A stretch of DNA of 64,000 nt from Cladosporium halotolerans (taxonomy: Eukaryota), in the NCBI RefSeq assembly GCF_011745625.1, contig NW_027191470.1, forward strand, positions 62,001-126,000, given 5' to 3'. The translations under genes were made by a program, and so were the position numbers. The stretch's first letter is position 1; each line of letters begins with the position of its first letter. The notes beneath the pieces are model-generated. The model was not told the DNA's origin, did not search any database, and worked only from the letters and a program-made list of their open reading frames with translations. Positions 24,256 through 36,900 of this stretch are shown here, in pieces.

Positions 24256-24963
24256 AGTATCGTTACTCACGATCGCGCGGTCTAGAAGGTTTCAGTCACA
24301 GTTGAGCATTATCGCATCCTGTCTCAACAGACCCTAGTCTTTGAGGTCCCGAATATATTGGTTGCAAGAAGTCGGTCGAATTTGACGGCCTTTCGAGAAA
24401 TGGTAATAGCGCAAAGAATTCAAGGATGAGGAAGTGAAACTTGCGGCGAAGACGAGGCATAGACCGCGTGATACGCGCCCACGGCGCCATAGTTTCTCGC
24501 GGCGCCATGCCTCGAACCGCCGTCAACATCTCGATGAAACGTTAGCGAATTGTTAGTGAATCCTTCGGAAGACCAGGTCGGTCTTGGCGTCACGAAACTT
24601 TCGGCAGTGAGGTTATCTCAATATTTGAGCATTCTCGCCTGTCGCCAGAGGGTCGGTGACCTGAATCAAGATCGAAATAGGTCGTCAAAATTCATGGTGG
24701 GTGTTCGGTTGTCTGGGAATCATGGTTGCCATAGCCTCTCCGACTACGTCCTCTGGGTCCAGGGGAGGAGGCATGTGATCATTTCAATCATTGTCATGGT
24801 GTAGGAACATGAGGCCTGTGTTGGAAGAAACAGCTGCAATACTCAAATGAAGTCAGACCTTGCTATGAGAAAAACAATCGCGCGCGTATCGGTCGTGAAA
24901 ATGCCAGACATCACTCCATATCAGCCTCCCGTCGCTTCCCCATCACCACCGACTGACCCATCC

Positions 24964-26667
24964 TCAGACCTGAGTGATCGAGCCCGTCCTGACAGCATCC
25001 TTAGCAGCCTCCTTCGCCGCCTCAGCAACAAGATCATTGGTGCTATCCGACTGATCGAGAGGATCAACAACCGTGCTGGCGAACTTCCTCGCGGGAGTCT
25101 TCTTCGCGAACAAAATGTCGAGCTCGTGGTACGTGCGGTTCCAGGTCTCGGGCAGACGGAAGAAGCCCCAGATGAACATGCCCAGGCAGGTGCCGCCCCA
25201 GACGAAGCCGGTGTAGCCCTTGAGGTTCCAGGCCTGCGGGTTCATCATGAACTGCTGGAGGGTGCCGCCGATGAGGCCTGTGATGTTGGAGCTGTCGCGA
25301 GCGAGGCAGATGGTCTTCTGTCTGAGACGGGTACTGCCCATCTCGGCGGGGAGGGCCCAACCTAGCTGGCCGACGGAGAGCTGGAAGATGAAAGTCCAGG
25401 CGAGGGTCAGGACGGCTTGGGACAAGGCGACGAGGTCGTTGCTGGTCCAGACATTGAGGACACCGATGAGCATAAGAATCGTGCACATGCCAGCCATGCC
25501 CCAGATGTAGATCGTGCGGCGGCCGAAGTAGGGCATCAGACAGAACCAGTTGATGAGGCAGCCGACGAATGCAAGACCGGTACCGCCAAGGGCTAGCGAG
25601 TAAGTGGCACTGGTACCGAGACCGACTTGGGAGAAGAAGTAGGAGCTGTTGTACGCAAAGGCGATACCGCAAAGGATCTGGCCAGCGAAGCACAAGCATG
25701 CGATCTCAGTGCGGCGGAGTTCGACGCCCTTGAAGCAGTCGAAGTAGGAAGTGCCGACGGAAAGCTGCTTCTCGAGGTTGTCGGTATAGATGATGGTTGC
25801 AAGAGTGTCCTTGACATCGACGTGGGTGGCTGTCTTAGCCTTCAGGCGGTTGAGTGAGGCTTCTGCATCTTCCATGCGGTTCATGCGGACCAGGTACCAG
25901 GGAGACTCGGGAGAGAAGTAGACAAGCGGGATGAGAAAGCAGGGCCATACCCACTGCAGTGCGAACGGAATCTTGTAGCCCCAAGCGTCCTCACGGGTGG
26001 CGAGTCCCTTGAGCACACCGGCAGAGATGAGTTGACCGAGAATGAAGCACATGTTGGTGAAGCTCGTCATGTAAGTGCGAAGGCAGGTGGGCAAGACCTC
26101 GGAAGCGTAGGCTGGTGCAGTCGTGGCCAGGATACCCCAAGGAAGACCGCAGAGGATCTCGCCAACTACCAAGACTGGCAGGCTGGGCGCGAAGAAGACG
26201 ACAAAGACAGCGAGAGACAGTGCGATGAGGGCACCCATGACTGTCTTCCTGGAGCCATACTTGGAGACCAAAATACCAGCGAGAAGACATCCGATGATGG
26301 AGCCCGTTCCACCACCTTGAGAGAGACCGGCCTGCCACTCCGCAGTGAGCTGGTATCCGGTCGGAGTCTCTGGCGTAATGCCGACCCAGTTTCCGTAGCG
26401 AATGAGGAAGGACGGATAGGCGAAGAAATTGGAGAGCAGATTGGTATCGTATCCTTCCATGATGACACATGCCTGGAAAACCAAAGCCCAAAGTACAGCG
26501 GGCTTGTAGATCTTGAGAGCTTCCTTGATGGTGAGCTCGTGTTCGGCGTGTGTCGCGTCGGCGATAGTCTGCTGCAGCACCTTTCCGTTGGTGGTGACAG
26601 ACTGGGTGAGGCCATTCGACTCGATTTGCGTAATTGCATAGTCTTTCTTCTCATCCATGGCGGCCAT
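24964..26667 (-). CDS. MFS sugar porter, maltose/alpha-glucoside permease-like, intronless
   Basis: Motifs IMEGYD, AYASEVLP..LR, PFALQWVWP, PESPWYLVR, RRTEIAC, STRLRQKTICLAR and LPETWNRTYHELDILF, typical of the Mal11/Mal31-like clade. About 12 TM helices. Confidence 0.92.
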   Translation of the reverse strand: MAAMDEKKDYAITQIESNGLTQSVTTNGKVLQQTIADATHAEHELTIKEALKIYKPAVLWALVFQACVIMEGYDTNLLSNFFAYPSFLIRYGNWVGITPETPTGYQLTAEWQAGLSQGGGTGSIIGCLLAGILVSKYGSRKTVMGALIALSLAVFVVFFAPSLPVLVVGEILCGLPWGILATTAPAYASEVLPTCLRTYMTSFTNMCFILGQLISAGVLKGLATREDAWGYKIPFALQWVWPCFLIPLVYFSPESPWYLVRMNRMEDAEASLNRLKAKTATHVDVKDTLATIIYTDNLEKQLSVGTSYFDCFKGVELRRTEIACLCFAGQILCGIAFAYNSSYFFSQVGLGTSATYSLALGGTGLAFVGCLINWFCLMPYFGRRTIYIWGMAGMCTILMLIGVLNVWTSNDLVALSQAVLTLAWTFIFQLSVGQLGWALPAEMGSTRLRQKTICLARDSSNITGLIGGTLQQFMMNPQAWNLKGYTGFVWGGTCLGMFIWGFFRLPETWNRTYHELDILFAKKTPARKFASTVVDPLDQSDSTNDLVAEAAKEAAKDAVRTGSITQV

Positions 26668-26939
26668 TGTCGATGAACTCTTCGGGGAGAATTGACGCTG
26701 TGTAATGGTCGTCGCGGTTGTGCGCTGTGGACACTGTTCGAGTGGAGGAGATGTTGTGCTGGTGGATGATGATACCTGATGTTGTGGGCTCCACAAGACC
26801 TATATATGCTCGTCCATCTTGTGCGTTGATGAGTATGTTCACAAGTGTGGTGTGCTCAGGCATGTTGGGGAGTGTTTGCGCGTGGCCCGAGGTATCGCAT
26901 AGTCCACCGCAATCCCGCCAGCAAAAGCGCCTTTCGGTT

Positions 26940-27400
26940 TCATTCTCGAGTTCCCCAGCGACGCCACCTCGGGGTATGGCTGAAGTGTATTCGGTGGCTT
27001 GGACCACGCTGGGCGGTCTTGGGGAGAAGAGTTGATTCGCTCAGCGGGAGGTTGGCGAAGTCAATGCGGCATCTGGGCTGCCCAGCCCAGGCTGGATCGC
27101 TCCGTCCCCATGGGGTTTGCCTCTCTCTGTCCGGGGGCATCTTCCCCACCTGCCGGTCACGGGGTCGGGAAGGTGGAGAACTTCTCTACCACGCGCGGCG
27201 CACGTGGTCTTCCTCCACCCAGCCTTACCAGAACAGGTGCCGAGATGTAGACTTCTCCCAAGGCCGGCGCGTGTGAGGCGAATCCCGCTCCTCGGTCGCG
27301 CGCCACCAAAGGCGCTTTTCTTGTGTTTCCCCGAAGTCCGCTTCCTTCTTTGTGGAGGAGCAGTGGAGATCTGGGGACATTGTCCCTTGTCCGGGGATAC
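26940..27400. promoter_or_regulatory. Dense CreA/Mig1-type SYGGRG sites upstream of the permease
   Basis: Matches on either strand at 26953, 27131, 27144, 27173, 27213, 27352, 27363, 27371 and 27391. TATA-like run at ~26801. Confidence 0.5.
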
Positions 27401-28031
27401 ATTCTCGTTACGGTTAGCAGTGACATTCAATCGGACATGCGGCGCCGATCAGAGGCATTGACAGCAATGCACATCCCCCACAACCGAGAGGGCCGTGTGC
27501 TCCAAGGATGAATCAACAAGTGGCCACCAGGTAAACGAGGTGTCGACTACTGCGGTACTCAAACGGCCAATTTTTGAAAACCATAAACATATTGTAGACG
27601 ACCAAGCGCATGGTATTGCCGCATTAGCAGATCGACTACTCCTGGTCAATACAAACGTAGTTGTTGGGGGCCAGTAACACTTCCGTGTCTCGAGTGGAGA
27701 AAGCGTCCGGGCTGCCAGCATGACAAGACCAGACGAGAGTTACCTTTTTTCTTTTTTTTCATTACAGTCATTTGGATTTGGTAGACGTCCCTTCTATTGG
27801 TGATTTCGAAGGAAGCTGTGTGCGTGGATGCGTCCTTTTATCACATGGAGCATAGCAGCGACGATGAGGCAAACGACCATGCGGACAATGTCCCTTGTCA
27901 AAACGGTTGAAAATCCATCTGTCTGTTCTCTCTGACTTGTGAGGGGAGAGTATCCTGCCACATCTACCTACTAAAGGTTGTCACGCCCCGGCAATCTAGA
28001 CCTTGCGGAGCATGCATTCATCCCGCCATCA

Positions 28032-29704
28032 TCACAGCTCCTCCTTCACCAAGCTCTTCCTCGTCTTGTCTTTCCCATCAGTGCTCCTAAGTCTGAAAAC
28101 TTTCGCGCCATGACGCGGCACAAGCGCACTAACACTTCCACCCGCCTTGACGACCCCAGCCTTCTCGCCAAACAGGCGAGGATCTTCTTCCGCCAGGCCT
28201 TTCGCGTAGGGAATCTCCGTCGCGTTGTACGAGCCCTTAAGCGCGCCTTTATCTTGGCCAAGGACAGCCGCTGCATCAGTCTCCGTCATCCTGCTCTCCC
28301 AGAGATCATGAACCGCCCAAGTCTGCTGGACCTGCGGGGCGCTGCCACCAGGTCCATCCATGACGAAGATCTCGGCCAGCGAGGCGCTGATATGCAAGTC
28401 TTCGTTGGCAGCATTGAGCAGGATCACGACTTGGTCGCCGTTGGCTAGCGGACCGCTCCAGACGTGGACCTCACCGATGCCATATTCGTCTTTTGCGACG
28501 CTGGTGTTGGTGCTGACGCGCTGGACGGCTTTCCCGCGAGGATCCTGGCTGATGGCAATGATGGCGGGGTTGTTGATAATGGAGAGAGTCTTTGCGTCCA
28601 TGGCGCGAAGGTCGTTGCCGAGGAGGAGGGGTGACTTGAGAGCTGCCCACATGGAGAAGTGTGCTTTGTACTGCGATTTGTTAGTCACTGTCGAGCGATG
28701 GTCTGTTGTCGGGGAAAGACAGCCTACCTCTTCATCCGTCATTCCGCCCAAGCCGACCTCCAACATGTCAAGATCGTTCCAGCCTCCAGGAAGACCACGG
28801 TCGATGTAAGGCGCGACCTTGTTGATGATATTCAACACCGAGCAGTGCGTGCCAGGGGCAACGCAGTGCGGATCTGTAGGGTCTCCGCAACCGCAGAGAT
28901 CATCAGGACGTGAGAACGAGTCGTAGATGTCTCCGGAGATGCGCCACGAGTTGGCGATCGAGGGTCCCCACTAACCAAGTCAGCTACTACTCCTACTCAT
29001 CAACATCGGTGCGTGACTTACAGTGTGAACGTAATCCTCTCCCCAGCTACAAAGACTGTAGAGGATCGACCTCCCAGTAGCTTTAAGGGCCTCCGCCATC
29101 TCGTTGAACCGGTTGAACGAGACGATCGGCGTTCCAAAGCGACCCATGTGGTAGCAATTGTCGTACTTGAGGTAATCGACGCCCCACGAGGCGAAGCTCT
29201 CGGCGTCCTGTTTCTCATAGTCAAGAGACCCAGCTAAGAATTGAACGTCAGCAAAAAGTACTGCAGAGGAAGTGGGGAGAACATACCGTATCTGGCGCAA
29301 GTCATCTCTCCAGCACTCGAGTACATGCCGAACAGCAAGTCTTTGTCGTGCAACCTGTCCGACACGGCTTTCATTCCATTCGGGAACTTCGCTTCGTCCA
29401 CGATGAGGTAATCATCCTTGCCACGTCCGCGAGACCAGCAGTCGTCGAGAACGACGTAGTTGTACCCAAGATCTCGCAGACCGTAGTCGATGAGCAGCTG
29501 AGAGGTCTCGAGAAGGAGATCTTCTGACACGTCGCAAGCGAACGTGTTCCAGTTATTCTGGCATGTCTTGTCAGTCACATTTCAGGAGAAAACAATAGTT
29601 GTACGACATACCCAGCCCATCTGGGGCGTTCTTGCAAGGCCATTGTTGACAGCGACTGCTTGGACCGCCAAAAGGGCAAGTGGTGCAACGTATGGAAGAG
29701 CCAT
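28032..29704 (-). CDS. Alpha-galactosidase, glycoside hydrolase family 27, 5 exons
   Basis: Signal peptide, then [28 protein letters not shown] (nucleophile), SWRISGD (acid/base) and [10 protein letters not shown]. Introns 29558-29611, 29234-29286, 28971-29021 and 28671-28727. Ends ...VKEEL. Confidence 0.95.
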
Positions 29705-30105
29705 TTTCGCAAGATGATCTTAGCAAATGCTGACCTTCACAATGTGGCGTAAACGCCTTTATGTCAGTCAGGCGCACGCTCACTGATGCTGTCAGAGGTC
29801 GTTGGGGCGTGGTAGCGGGAAACTGGCGGAATTGGCGGGATTGGTAATTTTGGCGGAGAAAGTCAGTCGAGACGCCTCGTGGGGCACCAGGCCGCTGTAC
29901 TACTGTCCTATAGAGCTGTTTCTTGGAGGGTCCCTAGAGCTTCAGGTAAGCTCTAAAATGCATGTGGTTCTTGCGAGCTCTTGGGTGTCTTATGATGTAC
30001 AACCTGAGCTCCTCAGTTCCATGGGTGTGACCCAGATTCTCTTCAGTGAACTGTCACCTTCGCACTTCGATTCCAAGTTCATCGTGGCAACGTTTTTCGA
30101 TCACG

Positions 30106-30817
30106 ATGTCGACCACACATACTCTCAGCCTGTCTTCGCTCGACCTGATCAATCCAACGATCGAAGCTGTAACCCTCAATGCCGCCTCCGGCGTGCTCGC
30201 ACAAGCGTTCGTCGCATACAAGGCAAAAGTAAGCAGCTACCAGAGTGTTATGCCTCAATTGGTGTGGGCTAAGAACGGCTTGATAGGATCTCTTCGCGAT
30301 CGACTTCAGCCAAATCCTCCAATTCATGCTGTTCACGGCCATCACCGCCGCGCCGAACTACGTCTTCCAGATGACACTAGAGAAACGCTTCCCAACGCGT
30401 ACAATCCCAGCTTCAGTCCAAAATCAAGTCCGCGATAAAGACAAAAGCAATCAAGAAGAGCTTTTCGAGAAGCACGGGCAGCTGGACGTCCGCAACACAA
30501 TCATCAAGTTCTTCCTGGACCAGTCGCTAAGTGCAACGACCAACACGATGTTGTTCATTGTGGTTCTCGGCTTGATCAAAGGCCAGAGTCTGGAGTACAT
30601 CAGCGAGTCCATTCGCATGGTATGTCATGAAGATGGCAGGATGACGGAGTTGAAGGCTGATCGCGATTGACAGGATTTCTGGCCAATGCTGTTTGCGGGC
30701 TACAGGTTTTGGCCAATAGTCTGCTTGCTCAACCTCGTAATGGTGCCCATGGAGTATCGACCGCTTGTTGGTAATGGTGCTGGGCTTGTTTGGGGTGTCT
30801 TCATGAGTCTATGGTGA
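30106..30817 (+). CDS. Mpv17/PMP22 family membrane protein, 3 exons
   Basis: Introns 30229-30286 and 30620-30673. Product has LNAASGVLAQ, PNYVFQMTLEKRFP, KFFLDQS and FWPMLFAGYRFWPIVCLLNLVMVP...GLVWGVFMSL. Confidence 0.88.
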
Positions 30818-31351
30818 TGTGTGATAGATTGCCGATTCGGATACATCAGATTCAGACGGCGAGCCGGGTGCTCGATTGCAGAAAAAGCCTCAGAGGTGTT
30901 TTATTAGTGACCAATACCTCTTAGATCCATGCCGTAGGTCATAATATGATCGATCCATTTTTGTCTTGATCATACTGTGTTCGTCAACCTTCTACAAGTG
31001 CTACTCTAGCGCCGAAGGAGGACTGTGGAGCACATGCGCTGATGGTAATGTGAGCACGTTCATTCAGACGAATGCACTCCAACATCTCCGCAGATCGATT
31101 GTGCACACTCAGGATCGCTTGCAATAGTGCCATGGTTGAACATGCGAAATGCTGGCGCGTGTTGCGAGACCGGAAGGGAAGTGGAGGAAGCTTCGCGAGT
31201 TCCCCGCTCGCCCAAGAAACTCAGACGGGAACTCACCACATGGCGCCATGTCATGCACGAACCATTTGTCTGCCGACTCCCCTGCGAGCGGGGAACTCAC
31301 TCCTCTCAATCCCGCCTGATGGCCTTGGAACAATGGTGTTGATACCCTGCC

Positions 31352-33296
31352 ATGCGGCCACCAACTGCATGCGAGTTCTGCCGGTGAGTCGCACAGAATG
31401 CCATCCCTTTGCACAGTCCCGATGTCGCTGACTCTAGGCCAACTGCAGTTCTCGGCGGCGGCGATGCCAACGAATCCCGCCTGACAGTGCAATTTGCGCA
31501 TTGTGTCAGAAACACAACGTACCATGCGTGCCCACAGCACCGATCGCTTCCGCTGCGCCCAAGGCAGCTCACACTCGAGGCTCGAGCTTCGGCACGGCCG
31601 CGAGGCCGACATCAGTCAATGCCAATACCAATGCCAATGCAAGTGCACATGTCAATGGCATCGCCCCTCCACAGATTGATGATGGAGGGTCCCCTCACGC
31701 GGCATCACTACCTCAGACATCGACATACCAGTTTTCATCAACAAGCCCAGGCGTCTTCGACCTGGCCGTATCAGATGGCGTCCCTCTTCCTCCATCGGCC
31801 GTGTGCTTCCATCTGGCAAACCTCTACTTCGATTATGTGCACGACCAGCTGCACACCCTCTTCCAGAAACCGGCCTTCATGGCGGATATGGTCATGAATC
31901 GCGTCCCGCCGGTCATTATGTTCGCGGTCATCGCGTTGTCGGCAAGGTCAGTGCAGCACAGTCGCGTCTCATTTGAGATGGTCGTGGGACAGCTCCAACT
32001 GATAAGTGCACAGATTTTCCTCCCACGATTTCTTCGCCGGCGTTAGCCCACGTGTTAGGGGGGTTCAGTACGCGAGAAAGAGCGCAAGCCTCTTTGACCC
32101 AAGCGACGTGTCCTTGCAGTCGATCCAGGCAAGTGTGCTGCTCGGGGCGTGTCGCATCGTTGAGGGCGACGCCCCTGCCGAGTCGGTCTACTATGGCATT
32201 GCTTGTCGGATGGCGCAGCTGATCGACCTGCCGCATCGGGTGTGCACCAACCGGTTGGAGAGAGAGATCAACATCAGAGGTATGCTGCGTGTTCTCCGCA
32301 TATACATATATGGCAGTATGCTGACACTACACAGTCTGGCACACGCTTTGCATGGTTGATGAGTGGTCCTCGACAGGTCTCCAGGTGCCGAAGCAGATCG
32401 CGGTACCAGCAGCCGACGTTCCGCTTCCAATGGAAGAAATGGCGTTTCTCCAGCTCCGGAACTACGACACAGCGGACACGATTGCGCAAGACGACTTTCC
32501 GTCATCCTCTTCGTCTTCACTCCTGGCTCAGATGATCGTGCTGAATCGCATTCTGGCCGACGTGAACCGATTGAACAAGAGTGCTGTGGACGAGGGAGCC
32601 ATGGCCCTCAACATGGGCCAAGTAGAAGCCTTGTCTAAACGGCTGGACGACTGGGAAATGCAGCTGCCACATTTCATCCGCGACGACCCGTCGAATCTCG
32701 CGCACTACGCAGCGCAAGGTCTTGGCCGAATCTACGTCGCAGTCTACTGCGGCTACTATCACTTCGGTCAGCTGCTGTTTTACCAATACCTACACAACTC
32801 CACCAATACGAATGACGACTCGGCCGGTGAATCTCAACATGACCGCAGCCTCGCGCAGAAATGCAAAGAGCACGCCGCAAAACTCTGCAACATCATCTAC
32901 GCCGCGCACCAAACGCCCGGCTGCGACGTGCTGTATAACATGATCGGACACGTGCTTGTGGTCGCTTCAACAGTTCAGATTCACACGCTGCTCTTCTCAA
33001 GCGACGATGACGAAATCGCAGCGGCGAAGCAACGGCTCGAATCCAACTTCGAGATCCTGCTCAAGCTGCGCGCGCTCTGGCCCAGCCTGGACTACTGCAT
33101 GATGCGGCTGCAGGCATTCCACAAGGCGTGCCGCAACTCGATGGAGACGTCGTTCAAGCTCGACCGCTGGATGCTGAAGTTCTTGTCGGAGTTTGCGAAG
33201 CCCGTGGACGACAAGCCGAGTGCTGGGGAGCAGTGGGTGATCAACGATATTGCTATCACGCCTATGTCGGACTTTGCGATTGATTCGATTTTCTAG
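31352..33296 (+). CDS. Zn(II)2Cys6 transcription factor with fungal-specific TF domain, 4 exons
   Basis: Splicing intron 31384-31449 gives MRPPTACEFCR-SRRRRCQRIPPDSAICALCQKHNVPC (six Cys). Introns 31947-32013 and 32280-32334. Middle-homology region with YFDYVH..LF, ACRMAQLIDL and EREINIR-VWHTLCMVDEW. Confidence 0.88.
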
Positions 33297-33950
33297 TTAT
33301 GTTGATGGGAGGTTTGAGTTTGGGCAGAAAGCTTGGAGAAAGCTTGGATGTGGTGTTGATCAGCGGCCGGCCGTGGGATCAACGGTATTCGCCGTTGTCT
33401 CTCAGGCGTCCATGGCCAGATCGACACGAAGTATTCACTGGTACTGAGAGTGGATGAAAGAGGTCCGACGTGGGAAGGGCATTCGAACTATAGTCGGTGA
33501 GGCCGCGACGAAACGCGGTCCAAAAGCTCTTTGCCTGCAGACGAACATTGGGCGTACGTGGCCGGGGTCACACGACATATGTACCCAGACAGATACGAAG
33601 ATGATTGTGCAGAGCCCAAATTAGAAATCCTCCGCCCTACAGGGACGTGCCACAGATCGTCTGAACACAAAAACCGGATCTCACAACGCCCGCGACGCGG
33701 CGTTGCCCTACAGCCCCACCATCGATGACGACAGCGCGGGGCTCACCGGGTGAGGAGCTGTTTGCGATTGCGAATCGCGTCCAATTTCAAGGCTGGAGAA
33801 CGCTTGGTTCGAGCATTGGCCTGCCAACTCTCCGTCTGCCTGACCCTGCAGCCGTCTTATAAACACTACACCCTCCCCGGCACCTGCGAGGCAGCCCTAC
33901 CCGTCCTGCTTCTGACTTCGTCCCTGCCGGCTGCACGTGAGACAGGCGTA

Positions 33951-33977
33951 GACGCAGACGCAGACGCAGACGCAGAC
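33951..33977. repeat. (GACGCA)4.5 repeat directly abutting the PLD start codon
   Basis: Read directly from the sequence. Confidence 0.85.
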
Positions 33978-36900
33978 ATGGGTATCACCGGCAACACCAG
34001 CCACGTCGGCGCCGAGGAGCAGCGCACGCCCGAGAATGTCGCCGCCCGCGCCGCCGAGGAGGAGAAGACTGGCGAGAAGGAGAACCGCGGGTTCATGGGT
34101 AAGCTGCGCAACAAGCTGAAAGACACGCACCTGTACGATGCGAAAGTCGGCGCCATCCACCTGAAGCACCGCATCGGCAAGTTCCAAAACCTGATCAACA
34201 CCAACCACCGCCACGACGAGGAGCACGAGCAGGTCACCGACGCCAAGCGCACTGCGATCGCCGAGGGCCACAGGTTCCAGTCGTTCGCTCCCGAGCGCGA
34301 CGGCAACAAGATCAAGTGGTACATCGACGGCCGCGACTACTTCCACGCCGTCTCTGTCGCCCTCGAGCGTGCGAAGGAAGTTATCTACCTCGAAGATTGG
34401 TGGATCAGCCCGGAGCTATTCCTTAGGAGGCCTCCCTACTTTACTCAGGAATGGCGCCTCGACAAGGTCTTGAAGCGCGCTGCCGAGCGTGGGGTCAAGA
34501 TCTACATCATCGTCTACAAGGAAGTCGCCGCTGCAATCACATGTAACTCTGCTCACACCAAGAATGCCTTCCACACCCTCATCAAGGAGGGCGAGCCAGG
34601 CTATGGCAATATTCGCGTTATGCGCCACCCGGACCACAACGTGTTTGAGAACGCCGGCGACATGACCTTCTACTGGGCCCACCACGAGAAGTTTATCGTC
34701 ATTGACTACGAATTAGCATTCATTGGAGGTCTGGATCTTTGCTTCGGTCGTTGGGATTCGAGACAGCACCCGCTGTCGGATGCCCATCCTGCGGGTGTCC
34801 AGAACGAGGTCTTCCCCGGTCAAGACTTCAACAACAACCGTATCATGGATTTCCAATCTGTCGAGGACTGGAAGACAAACGAGCTCTCGAAAGCCGAGTA
34901 TGGCCGCATGCCGTGGCATGACGTTGCAATGGGAGTCATTGGACCTTGTATCTACGACATTGCCGAACACTTCGTCCTCCGCTGGAACTTCTGCAAGCGC
35001 GACAAGTACAAGCGTGATGAGAGATACGACTGGCTGACATTGACCGGACGCACTGGAGATGACGAGGACTTAATTGGTGTGCAGCGACCGAAGCACCCGG
35101 TCGGCGACTACGTCCACCATCCTTTCAACCCCATTCAGTTCAAGGCGGGTAATCCATTCCCTGTCAACCTTGACGCCACGGGAGGTTCTACCCCGGATGA
35201 CTTCCACGATGCGCCAGAAAACGTCGACGAACATGGTTACACCGAGGATCAACACACTAGGACGCGATGGGAGAAGAACATGCGGGAGCACGGCATACAC
35301 ATGCCACACATGCATGGAGAACCTGAGACTTCGAGCCAAATTGAGAAGCAGGAGATCCACCAGCAGGAGGTCACACATCATACTGGTAACAACGCTTCGA
35401 AGGAAGGGACAATCACAGCATCTGGAGGTAAGGCTGCTAAGCGTGACGAGTACACGTCAAACATGGTCGATGCAGAGGGCTCCACCATGCCAGCTAGGGG
35501 CTACGGATCTTTACATGCTCAGCTGGTGCGAAGCTCTGCCGACTGGTCTAGCGGTATCCTGACCGAGCAGAGTATTCAGAACGCTTACTGTCAGGTCATC
35601 CGTGGAGCACAGCACTACGTCTACATCGAGAACCAGTTCTTCATTACTGCGACAGGAGAGAAGCAAGCCCCTGTGCACAACCAGATCGGCGGAGCCATCG
35701 CGGACGCCTGCATTCGTGCTGCTAAGGAAGGACGCAAGTTTAGGGTGATCATCGTCATTCCTGCCATCCCAGGTTTTGCCGGCGACCTTCGCGACGATGC
35801 AGCCACCGGCACTCGCGCGATCATGGACTACCAATACAAGTCGATCAACCGCGGCGAGGAGTCGATCTTCGGCAAGATCAGAGCCGCGGGCTATAACCCC
35901 GAAGATTACATGTTCGTCTTCAACCTCCGCAGCTACGACAGAATCAACAAGACGCCCGCATTGAAGAAGCAAGAGGAGGAATCCGGCGTCAAATACCACG
36001 AAGTCCAGCGTGCGCAGGCAGAGGAAATCATGAGCAGCGGCGTGCACGGCGTGGAAGGCGAGGGCGGCAGCTCCTCGAGTGACGGCGAGGGTGACGACGA
36101 GGACACCGAGAGGCGGGAGAAGAAGCGCATGAAGCAGCGCAAGCGCCAATTCGAGCAGCAGCGCAAAGAAGCGGGCAGCGATTTCAGCGATGCGCGCGCG
36201 GACGGCAGAGCCCCCGGCGGGACTGCTGGAGGTATGGACACGAAGCACGGCAGCGTGGACTCGATCGCCAAAGACGCTATGCTCGGCGAGCCCAAGCCGT
36301 CTGAGGAGGCTTACGCCGGCCGAGATGGCCAGGACACCGAGGGCGACGCGGAGGATTCGCGAGAGCAGGAGAAGGAGAACTTCGTCCAGGAGGAGCTCTA
36401 CATCCACGGAAAGGTACGCTCTGCTGAGTCAGCCCATTCGTCGTACCCACTAACACTCTATCCAGCTCCTCATCGTCGACGATCGCATCGCCATCTGCGG
36501 CAGCAGCAACATCAATGACCGCTCGCAGCTCGGTTTCCACGACAGCGAACTCGCCATCGTCATGGAAGACACGCAGCCCATGCCCTCACTCATGAACGGC
36601 CAGCCCTACGCCGCCGGCCACCACGCCGCAACCCTCCGCCGCATGCTCTGGCGCGAGCACCTCGGTCTCCTCACCGCGCAACCCCTCGACGCCTCCGAAG
36701 ATCCCAACGCCCAACCGCCCGGCGACAGCGACAACGTCTGGGACGGCGGCGACGAGCACGACGCACTTGTCAGCGATCCCTTGAACGACGACCTCTGGGA
36801 CATGTGGACCTCGCGCGCGACGACCAACACCAAAGTCTTCCGGCACCTGTTCCACGCGGACCCGGACGACAACGTCAAGAACTTCGACGAGTACGACGCC

